Positions 41,138 to 55,278 are shown, numbered from the stretch's first letter. The stretch is 64,000 nucleotides of DNA from Eledone cirrhosa (GCA_964016885.1 OZ024742.1:310682001-310746000), one strand, 5' to 3'. The notes: a model not told the origin generated them from the letters alone. Made by a program: numbers and translations.

Positions 41138-43839
41138 TATTGTTTAATAGCTAATTTCTACATTTAAACTGTTATAATTAAATTTAAAAGAGATTTAAAA
41201 GAGACTTAAAAGAGATCTAGAAGTTAGATTGTCACGTTGATGCTTTTATATTGATTCGTATATTTATGCACGCATTCCGATAACGTAAACCTGTTTACAT
41301 ATCTTAAAACATGTATGAGTGAGTTTGTTAAAAAGTCTAAGGGAAGTGCCTGTCTTAATAGTTAACACTCTGGGCTCACAATCGTAGTAATGTCATTGGT
41401 TCGGATCCATGATTGAGCCGTGCATTGTGTTCTTGAGCAAAACGCTTTATTTCACATTAATTCAGTCCATCCAACCGGCAAAAATGAATTATACCCGTCA
41501 TCCAAGGGGCTAGTCCTGTTGCCAGTAGGCAACATTAAACCTTGATTCAATGAACTGGAGCTGTTGTCCTCGAAAGCCACGAAGGTCCAACAACAACATA
41601 TGTGCACGAATCATAGAGACTTTATGTGCGGTCGTGTATTGTTATTGCCAGCTCATGACGCTGCGGTTTGGGATAGATTCACTTGTTTCACATACTATCC
41701 TCGTGGCCATAACGACCAGTAACTCTCTGCTTCCACACGTCACCTCCAATACCACCACCATCCAATTATAATTGTAGTTAGGTCAAAATTGAAGGAAAAA
41801 GAGAAACATATTTTATACTAGATTGAATATGAAGTTGACACCGTGTATTTTAAACGTGTAATGTGCTAACTGTCGTAACTGATCTCTGACCACTCTCCAA
41901 TCTTATCACCTTTTGTAAATTGGCCACGCCAAAATTGACGCTGAGCAGTATCAACCATAGTTGAATCGTGAGCTGCAATCTCTTAGTTGTCAATAGACAT
42001 TGATTTGATCAGCCATCTATCATCTGGGGTGATCTCAAACACATTGTTTGATTCGCTCTCTTTTAGGGCCATCATTTGAATAAGTTGCAGTTTCTCTTTC
42101 GAGTGATTATAAAGTTTAGATACTCCGTGGAGATGAATGCCTGATATTTTATGAAATGTTTGTTTCTAGTCTCGTTTTTGCTTCATACCTGAACTCAATA
42201 TTCTATATTTGACTATCTCGCTTTTTTCTTCAGTTTTCATCTTTTCTTTATCGCTGTATGGCGTTGAGCTGATACCACTGCATGTGATCATTGGCTTGTC
42301 ATGAAAAAGGTGAAACTGAGGTGTATGTGGTATATTTTACCTCTGTTGTGGATACTTTCTCAGCTGTCATCGGTGGTGCTATGAGAGCAACGGTAGCAGC
42401 ATTCGTTGTCTTCAATTCTGGAGCCTGTTCTTGTTACCTTCTGCTAGTGCCTTAACGTGGTTCTTGGGTTTTTGATATCCATATACTGCAAGGTTAGTCT
42501 GTGGTCATACGTATGGAGTACTAGCTCTAACTGTCTCGTAGCCTCTATATCAAATTTAAAACGAAAATATGCTCTCACTTGCATTTGACCTGCTCCAATC
42601 GATGCAGCGCAATGAATACTCAAGATTTCGTTAAAGTATCAAATAATTTTATTTTATTTAAACTTTTAATTCTTTTACTGATGTCACTCATTGAAATACA
42701 ACCGTGCGGGAGTATTTCTTTTTAGATGTTAGTCTATCCTATTGATCCAAGTTCGTATTTCAGGCTAGTATTTATTTTATCGATCTCTATTTGGCGAACG
42801 GCTTAGAGAGATAAACATAAACAACACTGATTTTAGACCGTAAATATTATACAATATAATCACTGGAACATGAACTATGTACATTACTGGACATTAATAT
42901 CCATTGCTATACAATACTGTCCAATACCACACATAGCTATGCAGTTTTATATGTAAATATAAAAGTGGTGGTGGTATGTGTCAGCAATTATCATATTGCA
43001 CATTTCATGAGTTTAGATCAGTTCGTATGCTGTATGTATAGGAAGTTTCTAAAACATCAGATTCCTATTTTGCCTAAGACATATGAACTGATCCAAACTC
43101 TTGAACTATATCAGTCTATAAATTACTGTATATTGTTCTACATTGCTAAACATTTTAATGGCTTGCCAGAGGAGATGGGTATCATCCATTAAATGTTTGA
43201 GGACCTCTACGATTGCTGAGAGCAGGAAATGAAGTTCTTTATCCGCAGAGCTGAGACATCAACAGAGAAAACTCCACTTAACCCAAGAACAGAGTGATTC
43301 ATTAAGTCTAGTCCTCAAAACAAAAACCATTGCTCGGGCAGACTTCCACATATTTTTCGTCTACCAAATTTTATTCACAGGTCTTTGGTCCTTCGAAGCT
43401 ATGATAAACGTCACTTACCAAATTTAGCATAGTGATATCGAACTGGAAACTAAGTAGTGACTAACCACACAGCTATGCAAATACATTTAAATACATCCTT
43501 ATATGTTACATATATTGCTACACATTCAGAATCCAGAACAGCATAGTTTCCTCCACGTGAAGCTACTTATCTAACATCGTGTTTAGTTGTTTAACTCTGT
43601 GTGTTTGTGTGTGTGTGTGTGTGTGGATGTACTTATGTGTGTCCGTTTTCTATAAAGATGAGATAGAGTAGTTGTCATATCTTGTAATCAGCTTGACATA
43701 CATTAGATCTGCTATGATAGTGTTGATCAGACATGACAGTAGATAATGAACTCTGACCTCCTTTTATATTACACTTCTTACATTATTTTGATTTATTTGT
43801 GGGTTTTTTTTTATTTTATCAGATTATTGTAGAGCGACT

Positions 43840-44050
43840 CATCGCCATCATCGTCACCATCGTCAGTATTATCGCAGTCATCATCACAATCAATATCATC
43901 GTCATCATTTTCATAATCATTATAATCCTCCCCTTCTGCATCTTCCTCTTCTTGATGTTCATTGTCATCATCATCCTCACCATCTTTACCATCATACTCA
44001 CCGACGTCATCCCTTAATCCCCCCCCCAACCTCATCATCATCACTAACAT
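43840..44050. repeat. Degenerate (CAT)n low-complexity tract
   Basis: ATC/CAT repeats. Confidence 0.85.
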
Positions 44051-44129
44051 TATTGTAATTATGTTAGGCAGTTTATTATCCTGGTCTAGGAATCTTGAGA
44101 TATAGCCGAAGCAATGTTCTTATGCGAAC

Positions 44130-45435
44130 AATATTTCTTCAAACACTTGGAACAACGTTGGTAAACAGACAAGTTTTGTTTTATACTCGCAAGTTCGCTT
44201 GACGTGGATAAGTTATGATTTCTATGAGAGGGGATGTTATTGAAAAGAAAAAATTTAGAGCAGAATCTGTAGAGTTCAGCAAAGATATAGCAATAGAGAA
44301 CAGCAAATTACAGGAGTTATTCAATAGGAGTAAAAGAGGGTAAACAGAAAAGGCGTAGGTTAGATATACTCGGGGTGAGAGCAGCTCTTAAGCACTTCCT
44401 CGATGAGAAGCACGAAGACCATGCTGTTCGTGATACGATGAAAATTAAGCAATGAAGACCGTACGATGGAGGAGCAGCTTGGTACGAAAACTACACTCAC
44501 TTTGATGTTTGACGTACTGCAGCTGATATTTCCTATTCCTTTCCGATTCCAAGTTGTGTACAACTTAACAATGGCGCTTTGTAGGATGGTTAGCGAAGAG
44601 GGACGGACTGGAAATGGATGGCACCAATGACTACCTAGATAGATGAACTTCCAACTAAGAATGCAGAGTGCTACAAAAATCCTATTTTAGCAGAGTAAGT
44701 AGTTGGTGGGATGAGCAGTTGTAACCAAATTAACGGGACTGGATAGTTTGCTTTATAATTTTTATTACATATCAGACTTGTTTTCTATTGTATTTGTAGC
44801 TGTATACTTAAACCGGCAGCAAACTATAGGCATTACAAGATGCGTATGTCGTGCATATGTGATGCTGCCGAGAAAAGACCCAAACAATAGAGATACAGAA
44901 GGCCGTTTAAGGCTCATAACTTAGCTTAACACAGAGTTAAAAGGCTTGACAAAAGTGTTCGTAAAGAGATTGGGGATTGTAGTAGGTAGAATAGTTGGAA
45001 AAGTATAAATATCTGTGATTCATCGCAGATATATCTGCAATAGCTTCTACCTTACATGATAAATCGTAGAGAGAGATGGGTGCTAGATTGGAACACTCTG
45101 ATGCCTTTGTCAAATTAGATCAATTTAAAATGTACGACAAGGTCAACCAACGTTATCTCTCGGTTCACCTAAATATAGACGGTTTTGATCCCATATGCGG
45201 ATATAGTATCGGTGCTAATGCTAATGAAGTTCGAGTCGTTGAGGAACATCCTACTCCAAGTGAGACTCAGGAGAGCCGTGTCTGCATACTGGGACGATGT
45301 CACTATCATAGTGACATCGGCATCAATTTGAATTCAACGCGACACTAGAAGAGGCAAGTCCATTCACGGCGGATACTTCGATCGCTGGACCGAGGATACA
45401 GTTATGGTGTGTCGGATTTGGTCCGAACCTGATAA
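44130..45435 (+). mobile_element. Very old Tx1/L1-type ORF2 relic
   Basis: Patches ESVEFSKDIAIE, KLDQFKMYDKVNQRYL and GFGPNL resemble ORF2 motifs ESIRFSKTLAIE, NLDQSKAFDRVDHRYL and WFGPDL, in order. Confidence 0.65.
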
Positions 45436-45518
45436 GGAACCTGATAAGGAAGATAAAAACTAGAAAGTTGATATTTTATGAAATGTTTGTTTCTATTATT
45501 TTTCCAATTCAGGGGGAT

Positions 45519-45710
45519 TGGCGGGGGATTGGCAGTATCGGTAGAAGGTCAGACGCCATGCTTTGCAGCATAGAGTTACGGCCCTTTATGATCTGAGTTC
45601 AAATCCCACCGAGGTTCACTTTACCTTTCATCCTTAGGGAGTCGATAGAATAAAGTACCAGTAATGCACTGGGATAATCGCTGGCCTTGTGTCAAAAGTA
45701 GAAACCATTA
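45519..45710 (+). mobile_element. tRNA-derived SINE
   Basis: Full unit of the 7771 family. Confidence 0.9.
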
Positions 45711-46140
45711 TTTTTCCGATTCAGGCCATTACTAGTTTCCCTAGATTCTACTGTTTCATTTTACAACCTTGTATACACTAGAGGGCAGTTCCCAATATGG
45801 CTATAGTAAATGAATAAAAAGTGTAAACATATTTCATTTCAGTTGGCTTAATAGAAATATCCTATATTTTAATAGGTGTGTAAATGAGGAAGTTTAATAT
45901 TCGTATTCTACCGAAAAGAAATGATGGGGCAATATGATCTAGAGTAACCTGTAATAGAGAGTGATACCACACCAACGATTCCGTTGAAAGAATTCCTATC
46001 ACATAGTCTGGCTCTAAAGAAATCCAGACAGCTTCATGAAGAAAATACTCAGTCAAAACAATGTTATACATGATGGATCTTTCGTCGATTTTGTGTTTCC
46101 CACCCAACAAATTGTTGGTCATGTGCCTAAATCAAAAACC

Positions 46141-46690
46141 GGTGCTTTGGTAGTATCGGTAGAGAGTCGGACGCCATGCTTTGACGCATAGAGTTACGGC
46201 CCTTACCATTCTGAGTTCAAATCTCGCCGAGGTTAACTTTGCCTTTCATCCTTGCGGGGTCGATAAAATAAAGTACCAGTAAAGCACTGGGTAATTGCTG
46301 ATCTTGTGCCAAACGTAGAAACAATTATTTTGATGGCTTTCTGAGTTCAAATCTCGCCAGTTTAGCCTTGCCTTTCATCCTTACGGGGTCGATAAAATAA
46401 AGCACCAGTAATGCACTGGGGTCGATTTAATCGACCTTCCCCTCACCCAAGATTGCTGGCCTTGTGCCTATAGTAGAATTCATTATTTTGATGGCGGTGG
46501 TTTGGCAAAATGATTTCGCAGCATTAATTAATGCCCTTTATGTTCTGATTTCGAATCCCACCAAGGTCAACTTTGCTTTTCTTCATTTCGAGGTCAATAA
46601 AATACAGTACCAGTCAATTATTAAAATCGATATAATTGACTTTTCCTTCTCCCTCAAATTGCTGGCCTTGTGCCTAAATTAGAAACAATT
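46141..46690 (+). mobile_element. Three tandem SINE units
   Basis: Three consecutive B-box/core/GGCCTTGTGCC..TAGAA units. Confidence 0.88.
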
Positions 46691-47177
46691 GTTATTACTG
46701 TTATTGTAATGTGACATTTGTGTAAGTAACACTTTCTGAGCTTTCAAAGTATCATTGGGTCCCCACATTAGTTCCGATTTGGTTTTGGTTAAAATGTCCA
46801 ACTTAAATCAATCTCTTAAGATCATCACCTCTTTTAAACTATTTATCAGGATAGAAAAACTTTAAATGAAATTAAAATTCTCGAAACTGTTTCAGAGGCT
46901 TCGATTAACGAGAAACAGAAAAAATAATCTCCACAGAACTTCGCTAGTGTTCATGTGAAATTCTTCAAATATTTCTTATTGATATAAAGAGTGGTGTCCT
47001 CATGCGCGGAGATACTATAAAGTAGCTTATAAAATAAGATGAAGACCCTTAAAAGAAGTTTTTTAGGCCTAAGTTAGCCTCGCTCAAGAATCGTATGATC
47101 AGAATGATTCATAATATCCACGATTATTCCATTATATTTTCAGATGATTCTATGTGAACTATTAAATATATCCTGTG

Positions 47178-47502
47178 GATTGACAGAATCGGTAGAGCAT
47201 CGGACAATATGCTTAGCGGCATAGAGTTATTGCCATTTACGTTCTGAGTTCAAATACCCCGAGGTTAGATTTTCCTTTCATCCATACGGGGTGTCATAAT
47301 GCAGTGAAATCGATTTAATCGACTTTCCATTTCCCCAAAAATTGTTAGCTTTCTGCCTACATCAGAAACCATTATTAAATGTAACCATTATTAAATGTAA
47401 CCGAGGTTAACTTTGCCTTTCATCCTTACGGGGTCGATAAAAAATAAAGTACCAGTAATACACTTGGTGATTGCTGGCCTTGTGCCTAACGTAGAAACAA
47501 TT
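47178..47502 (+). mobile_element. Two SINE units (one 5'-truncated)
   Basis: Core motifs; ATTATTAAATGTAACC duplicated around the truncated unit. Confidence 0.85.
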
Positions 47503-48115
47503 ATTAAATGTAACCTAATTTATAAACGTTATGGTGTAGGTACAAAAAAAATGACTGCTATTTCTAGCAGCTGGAGTGACCACATTGAGGTTCCCGGTAT
47601 CGTTTCATAGGTATATATATTTTCCCACGAATACAAGTAATTATTCTATAGTCTTGATACTTTATTTTAATCCCTTATTAGTTATGTAGCAATTCATAAT
47701 TTTGTTGTTGATGTTGTAGTAGTTTGTATTGCTGTTGTGTTTATGGTTATAATTAGTATTGTTACTATTGCTGTTGTTGTTGTTTCTCAAATAAGAGATC
47801 TGTGGCTCAAGTATGTGGTAACTTTGTAATATCACCTCAGGAAATATCCCATAAACAATCATTAAGTGAGCACTTTGACAGATTTCTAAACACATGTATG
47901 CTTATAAAACACACGTACACACGCACTACTAACAAATACATACGAGCACACACACTATATATATATGTGTGTGTGTGTGTATGTGTGTGTATTTATATAC
48001 ATATACATATTTATATATCTATATTTATATATATTTATATATATTTATATTTATATATATGTGTATATATATATGTATATATATATATATATATGTATGT
48101 ATATATATATACATG

Positions 48116-48150
<35 letters not shown>

Positions 48151-48209
48151 ACGTGTATATATATATATATATATATACATGTATATATATATATATACGT
48201 GTATATATA

Positions 48210-48242
<33 letters not shown>

Positions 48243-48525
48243 GTGTTCTGTGTGTGTGTTTGTGTGTGTATGTATGTATATATATATATATACACACACT
48301 CAAATACATTCATACATACAGAAACACTTGTATATCAGATATATGTGTGTGTTCAAATGTTATTTTGTTAGTGTTACTAAAACTATAGCATATATAATTG
48401 CTTTGCTCTACCCTCAGTATGTCTCTGTAAACGTGTGTGTGTGTGCGGTATAAGTGGTGTGTTTGTATGTGTGCATGTATGCATATATATATATATATGT
48501 ATATATAGTATACTGTATATATGTA

Positions 48526-48600
<75 letters not shown>

Positions 48601-49035
48601 TACTGATGTGTGATTGTATTGTTTCGTGGGATGTTTTGTGTTTAGTATGTATTTGAGTTGTAGTGTGTGTGTGGTATGTGTCAGTGGTATGTGTGTGTCT
48701 GTGGTGTGTTACAGTGTGTGTGTGTTCTCGAGTTCTAATTGTGCGCAATACTCCTTGTATTTCTAGGTCTAAATCTATTTTTACACCAATGGAGCCAAAA
48801 CATTAAGAAGTTAACACACCCTAATTATCAGATACGTTTTCTTATTTACATCTTTTTTCTTTAACTAGTTTTAATCAGTTGAGGACGGTCATGCTAGAGC
48901 ACTTCCGTGATACAGTTGATCGAATTGACCACAGTACTTATTTATTTAAATTCTGGTAATACATAGCGTTTCGTCAAAAGGGAATTGATAAGTTAACTCA
49001 TGGAGCATAAACATGGATATTCCAAACGTAACCAA

Positions 49036-49099
<64 letters not shown>

Positions 49100-49101
<2 letters not shown>

Positions 49102-49379
49102 GTGTGGGATGCTTAGAGCGTCCGTAAGCGGTATGCCGTTTGAGCACTCGATGCTCTTACAGAGCAGAGTATAATATCACATAAGGAACGGAGAATCAGT
49201 GTTGCGACGATAGTACAATCGTATCTCTGGCGACCAGCTCGAGGCACGATCGATGCAGTGATCTAACCTGACTCTGAAATCGCTAGATCCTCAGATATGT
49301 CTCGATTCTACGAAGCACTTCGTAGAATCTTATTCGTAATAAATCTTATTCGTCGAACCACTGATTCTCCGTTTCTCAT

Positions 49380-49385
<6 letters not shown>
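49100..49385 (-). mobile_element. Mini foldback element in (TA)n
   Basis: 49174-49208 is an imperfect inverted repeat of 49349-49385; tail 49119-49170 is shared with 50371-50423. Confidence 0.7.
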
Positions 49386-49408
<23 letters not shown>

Positions 49409-49413
<5 letters not shown>

Positions 49414-49584
49414 AACGAGTAGGACCCCGACGGCTGAGCTCAAGCCGTTTGGACGGTTAATTCTGGACTCAGCTTGAGCTCAGCCGTCGGGGTCCTACTC
49501 GTTCCTATTAGCCACTCTACTACCCTAAGTATTGAGTGCTTTGGTTCGTTATAGTCCACCTGGTTCCTTACCACATTTCCTCCG

Positions 49585-49586
<2 letters not shown>
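49409..49586 (+). mobile_element. Family C mini foldback element, copy 2
   Basis: Arms 49409-49445 and 49472-49508; tail homologous to 31792-31869. Confidence 0.88.
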
Positions 49587-49655
<69 letters not shown>

Positions 49656-49675
49656 TATATATATGGATATATATT

Positions 49676-49866
49676 AATTGTTTCTACTTTTGGCACAAGG
49701 CCAGCAATTATCCAGTGCATTACTGGTACTTTATTTTATCGACCCCGTAAGGATGAAAGGCAAAGTTAACCTCGGCGGGATTTGAACTCAAACCATAAAG
49801 GGGCGTAACTCTTTGCTGCAAAGCATAGCGTCAGACCCTCTACCGATACTGCCAATCCACCGCCCT
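49676..49866 (-). mobile_element. tRNA-derived SINE with 15-bp TSD
   Basis: TGGATATATATTAAT at 49664-49678 and 49867-49881. Confidence 0.92.
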
Positions 49867-49872
49867 TGGATA

Positions 49873-50271
49873 TATATTAATAAAAGGAATTCCAACTTTG
49901 TCTGATTTACTCGTTTTATTTACAATCCTTTAAAATTTATAATGGTATTAGAATTAAATAGTATGGTAGAATATTAAGTGTTAAGTGTTAATTGAACAAG
50001 TACTTTCAAGCTTTCGCAATCTTCAGGTTCACATTCTGTGGTGACAGTCAAGTTTGCAATTTTCGACTGTTACCACAGAATATTAACCTGAAGATTGCGA
50101 AAGCATGAAAGTACTTGTTCAATTAACACTTAACATTTAATATTCTACCATACTATTTCATTCTAATACCATTATAAATTTTAAAGGATTGTAAATAAAA
50201 CAAGTAAATCAGACAAAGTTGGAATTCCTATAATTAATATAATCTTCTATACACAATCATATACACCCGTG
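49873..50271 (+). mobile_element. About 370-bp palindrome with a hammerhead in each arm, plus short tail
   Basis: Arms about 49873-50050 and 50065-50241; AAC-CTGAAGA-TTGC-GAAA-GCAT-GAAA-GTAC-TT-GTT at 50085-50119 and its mirror at 49994-50030. Confidence 0.85.
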
Positions 50272-50273
50272 TA

Positions 50274-50350
<77 letters not shown>

Positions 50351-50594
50351 GAATGGTTGCATGAAAAATACGTCCGTAGGCGGTATGCCGATTGAACACT
50401 CGATGCTTGCTTAGAGCAGAGTAGGATACTGTAAGAATCAGAGTCGAACTCATACACTAAGTATATGGCCTTTCGATTACAGAGCCAGATTCTATCTATA
50501 ATAGATCTTGCCTCGAGCTGATCGATAGAGAAACATATGTAATATGTTAAATATATTATGATGCAACACTGAATCCCTGTTCCTCATCCTTATA

Positions 50595-50690
<96 letters not shown>

Positions 50691-50768
50691 CGAAGGAGTT
50701 GTGTTAAAGAACCAGATGAACCATAACGCACCAGAGTACTCAATACTTAGGGTAGTAGAGTGGGTAAT

Positions 50769-50884
50769 AGGTGAAAATCAAATCAGAAAATCCAACGAAT
50801 TTTGAGAGGTCCAATATATATATATATATATATATATATTGGACCTCTCAAAATTCGTTGGATTTTCTGATTGGATTTTCACCT
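50769..50884. repeat. Palindrome centred on a (TA)n tract
   Basis: AGGTGAAAATC..GAGAGGTCCAA-(TA)n-TTGGACCTCTC..GATTTTCACCT; the right arm continues into family H (to 51288). Confidence 0.9.
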
Positions 50885-51379
50885 CGAAACTGGATACCAA
50901 CCCGGAGTACACCTGAACTTCCACCAGGAAACCTTTCGTATCATTGAAATTTTGTTTGTTTCTTACATTTAAATATTCCACGACTCTCTACCACTTTTCC
51001 TCTACTACATTCTTCTCACACCATCTTCTTCTTCTCATCCGTCTATTTTTTACTCCCACCCCAGTACCTTCAATATGTCCAATCTCAAATCTTTTCTTTA
51101 TCTAAAGACATTTTTTTCCAATTCCATCCCGCCCGCCCTTCAATCTATCTTATTTCTCATTCTTTCTTCTGATGAAGGGCTAGCGTCCAAAACGTTAAGA
51201 CCCTCTTCCTGCTATATCAAGCGTTAACCTAATATATCCCTTCCATATACTGTACCGATTGTGTTGTTATTTCTGTTTACCTTTTACATATATATATATA
51301 TAAACATGGCACTTACACGCGCCTGCTTCAACCACATTCAGAACATAAACTGGCGACAACTGACTTTGAGAGAGATAGA

Positions 51380-51640
51380 TGCATATCTGTCGTTGTACGT
51401 AAAAGGAGAGTAAGATTTGCTGGCCACTGCCATCGTGCCACTTATGAGACTGTGTCCCCATTAGTGCTTTGGACACCACAAGCAGTCACTAATAACAGGG
51501 GGCGCAAGCTCTCCTATCCCGATGACATCTCCAGAGATTCTGGTATTGAAATACAAGATTTAGCAGCGGCAGTGAACGACCCACGTGGAGATCAATTGTT
51601 GAGTGGATTGCGGCTGAGGCCGCCAGATGATTATGATGAT
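51380..51640 (+). mobile_element. RTE-type LINE 3' remnant
   Basis: RKRRVRFAGHCHRA, LVLWTP, RGRKLSYPD.ISRD.G...DL..AVND; (GAT)n tail. Confidence 0.75.
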
Positions 51641-51645
51641 ATATA

Positions 51646-52056
51646 TACGAGAGCAATCCCAAAAGTAAGTTCTCCTTCCGATATTGCAGCTTCCGATATT
51701 GCAACTTTTCCGTTAAAATCCTGTGAATGGTGCTTCGGGAAACTTCAGGAACCAAAATGCAGAGAGCATCCAGAGTGATCTGCCGATCTTTACGCATGTT
51801 TTCCTCGGAAGGAGACCTTACTTTTGGGATTGCCCTCGTATATAATAACTGCACGAAATTCGCACTTGGCGGTAGCGTTCAACGGGAGCTCCATTCTCAA
51901 CGGCTGCCAAGCCAAGATTGAGCATCCCAGCGAAGCGCGCGCATGCTTGTTTGGGAGTGAAGGAAGCACCAATCACAACAGTGTAGCCAACAGCCGTACG
52001 AACAGTTTCTCTGCGTCCCCATCGCTTTGGAGACCTTACTTTTGGGATTACGCTCG

Positions 52057-52058
<2 letters not shown>
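51646..52058 (-). mobile_element. Mariner-type deletion derivative with three TIRs
   Basis: TIR TACGAG.GCAATCCCAAAAGTAAG at 51646, inverted at 51811-51840 and 52029-52058, TA flanks; HTH remnant DRQIT..VSRSTIHRILTEKLQYRK. Confidence 0.85.
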
Positions 52059-52093
<35 letters not shown>

Positions 52094-52532
52094 GTTGAAT
52101 CAGACAAAATAGGATTGCATCTCAAAACAAAGAAGACCGGAATCATGCATTACAATCAGGTTGATCCAGTTCCAATCCTTTCAATTCCAAAACTGAAATG
52201 AAGTTTCGCCATAATTTTGACTACAGAAAATAGTCATATTATGACAGGACGTATAAGCTCTCAGAACAGAAAAAATACTATACAAACCTGTAATCATGCC
52301 AAATATACATATTTCCCAGTAAATTGAAAAAAAGAAAAAATATATATATAATCACTAAATATTCTATATATCCTATCACTTAACGTATTATCCCGAAAAT
52401 GACATTAATTTACATATTATTTACGTTAATGGTGGTAGTTAATTAAGATATATATGTATTTGTAGGCTAAGTGGCCGAAGTATATGATAGAGTTATATCT
52501 GTATACATGCAGACATACAACTAAATAAGATG

Positions 52533-53065
52533 TGTCACTTTTGAGCTGACTTTTGGGATGCTCCTATACAGCTCTGACTTTTTCATCCTCAGTGTATACT
52601 GATTAATGTTCAGAGCCATCCTCAGCATTCTCGTGTAGCACCCATCCACCATCTGAGTGAGTTTCTTGGTCAGTGTCCAAGTCTCAGACCCATACAGCAG
52701 CACAGACTCCACACAGCAATGAAGAGGCGGATTTTCAGGTTTCTACGAAGGTCTGACTTCCACACCGATCTCAAGCTGTGGCACGCCGCCCAGGCCTTGC
52801 TCTTCCTCTCAACCACATCATCTTCCGTATTCCCAATCTTTGCTCCCAAATACAAGAAGACCTCAACCAATTCTAGCGGCTTCCCGCCTATATTAGTGAT
52901 ACATGGACACGCTAGAAGAGGAAGACCAAGGTTAACGTATGTTGATACCCTAAGGACAGACACTGGTCTGTTGGAGACGCAGGACATGGCAGCGATAATG
53001 AGGGACAGAGACCGCTGGAGAGAACTCGTCCATGGATCTCGGGAATTTTACCCGCCTTAGATAGA
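52533..53065. mobile_element. RTE-type LINE 3' fragment with 5' inversion
   Basis: Minus 52533-52900: FLYLG..KSKAW..VWKS..KIRLF, ESVLLYGSETWTL..DGCYTRMLR. Plus 52902-53060: RRGRPRLTYVD..DRDRWR. Confidence 0.88.
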
Positions 53066-53213
53066 TATATATACATTTATACTATCTCATTTAGTTGTAT
53101 GTCTGCATGTATACAGATATAACTTTATCATATACTTGGGCCGCTTAGCCAATACATAGATATATATCTTAAGTAACTACCACCATGACTATATATATAT
53201 AGATATATATATA

Positions 53214-53335
<122 letters not shown>

Positions 53336-53359
53336 TATACATATATATACATATATATA

Positions 53360-55230
53360 TTCATTAGTTAAGCAAAACAAGGGCAAAAATTTCACAAGGA
53401 AGACATTATTAAAAGATTGCCAACATATTTTAGTTTGATGTAAGGAATGTAGAGAATAATAATAATATTAATATTAATAATAATAATAATGTCCGTTTAC
53501 AATTGTTTCGCTACTCCATATAATATTTCTGGATCAGATGACTATATATCATTATTGATCTGGTTCAGTTGAAAATAATTAACATATTTAAAAACAGAGC
53601 GGCTCATCGGAGCTTCAAAGGAATATAAATTAAAATAAGGAGAGAATGTTACATAATGTAGTGTTCCATATATTGGTGTTTCACTATGGTGTCCTGGTTG
53701 TATCAATTGTCAGCCATATTCATGCAATATTCATCTGTCGTGGCTGCATTGTGTGAGATCTGTCTATGGGTAACAAGATGGCCGCCAAAGGACATATTTA
53801 CCTTACTAATTAGAGGGTGGTTTCAGGGGAAGTAACTCCTCAAGAGATTAGAAATTGTGGGTAGTTTATAGATAAGTGTTAATTTTTAAATGTTTTTAAT
53901 TGAGAGACAATGTAGGGGAGGTAACTTATAATTATCTAAGTTAGTTATAGCTATTTAACTTATTAGCTACAAGTAAAAATGGGGCTAGATGACTATGTTG
54001 GGTCAAATATTCTATTGGCGAAGGAATTAGCCCTACGATGTTGACAGCTAATAGCTACCTCCGTTCTATCGTTAATCCGTAGAGGTCGTGATAGAGTTAT
54101 GTAATATGCTTCGGTAATACAGAGATCACAAGATTTTCTTCGTCCATTGAAGGGTTGGGCGCCAGCTACGATATTCCATTTTAGTGAGTCTTCAATGTTG
54201 CTTAATTTAAGGTTTTTAATGAGCCTAGCTAGAGATGTCGAACATCAGTTGCTAGGGTCTCGGAAGGAAAAAGAGTGTGCGTTATAGCGTACCTTAAAAG
54301 GGTTAGAGGTAGACCCGATATAAGAGCTGGTATTCGAAGCAGTTTTAACGGTGCACCTATAGACTATGTTGGGTGTCAGGCAGTGTCCATTTAATGTTTA
54401 TGCATTAAGGTAACGGCGGTTGCTTCTGCGGTTAGTGAGAGTAGGGTAGTTTAACCTAAGCGGTTGGTCAGTGCTAGATTTAAAACATTTGCTCAATTAA
54501 AAAAATGCTCAATTAAAAAAATTTTAAAATTAGCACTTAACTATAACTACCCACAATTTTTAATCTCTTGAGGAGTTACTTCCCCTGAAACCACCCTCTA
54601 ATTAGTAAGGTAAATATGTCCTTTGGCGGCCATCTTGTTACCCATAGGCAGATCTCACACAATGCAGCCTCGACAGATTAATACTGCTTGATTATGGCTG
54701 ACAACTGATACAACCAGGACACCATAGTGAAACACCAATATATGGAACACTACATTATGTAACATTCTCTCCTTATTTTAGTTTATATTCCTTTGAAGTT
54801 CCGATGAGCCGCTCTGTTTTTAAATATGTTAATTATTTTCAACTGAACCAGATCAATAATGATATATAGTCATCTGATCCAGAAATATTATATGGAGTAG
54901 CGAAACAATTGTAAACGGACATTATTATTATCATTATATTATTATTATTATTCTCTACATTCCTTACATCAAACTAAAATATGTTGACAATCTTTTAATA
55001 ATGTCTTCCTTGTGAAATTTGGGGCCTTGTTTTGCTTAACTAATGAATATTTCCAGCTCTGCGCGCCTAACTTCTGCGTGAACCCAGCCACCTAGCTGCT
55101 TTCTACTGCATATTGCACATTGAGCACATGCCTTTACACTTTGGCTTGTAACTAATTCACCAATCTATCCTCTCCTATCTCCTCTCCTATCTCCATTACT
55201 CTCTTTAAGATTGGTTACTCATGAACTGTG
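53360..55230 (+). mobile_element. PLE family A copy 2 (long inverted arm including GIY-YIG)
   Basis: 53360-54478 is the reverse complement of about 5625-6747; 54510-55230 matches 6210-6921; (TA)n on both sides. Confidence 0.92.
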
Positions 55231-55231
55231 T

Positions 55232-55273
<42 letters not shown>

Positions 55274-55278
<5 letters not shown>

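Noticed and set aside
43811-44050. Acidic or hydrophobic ORFs
   Set aside because: Products of (CAT)n low complexity.
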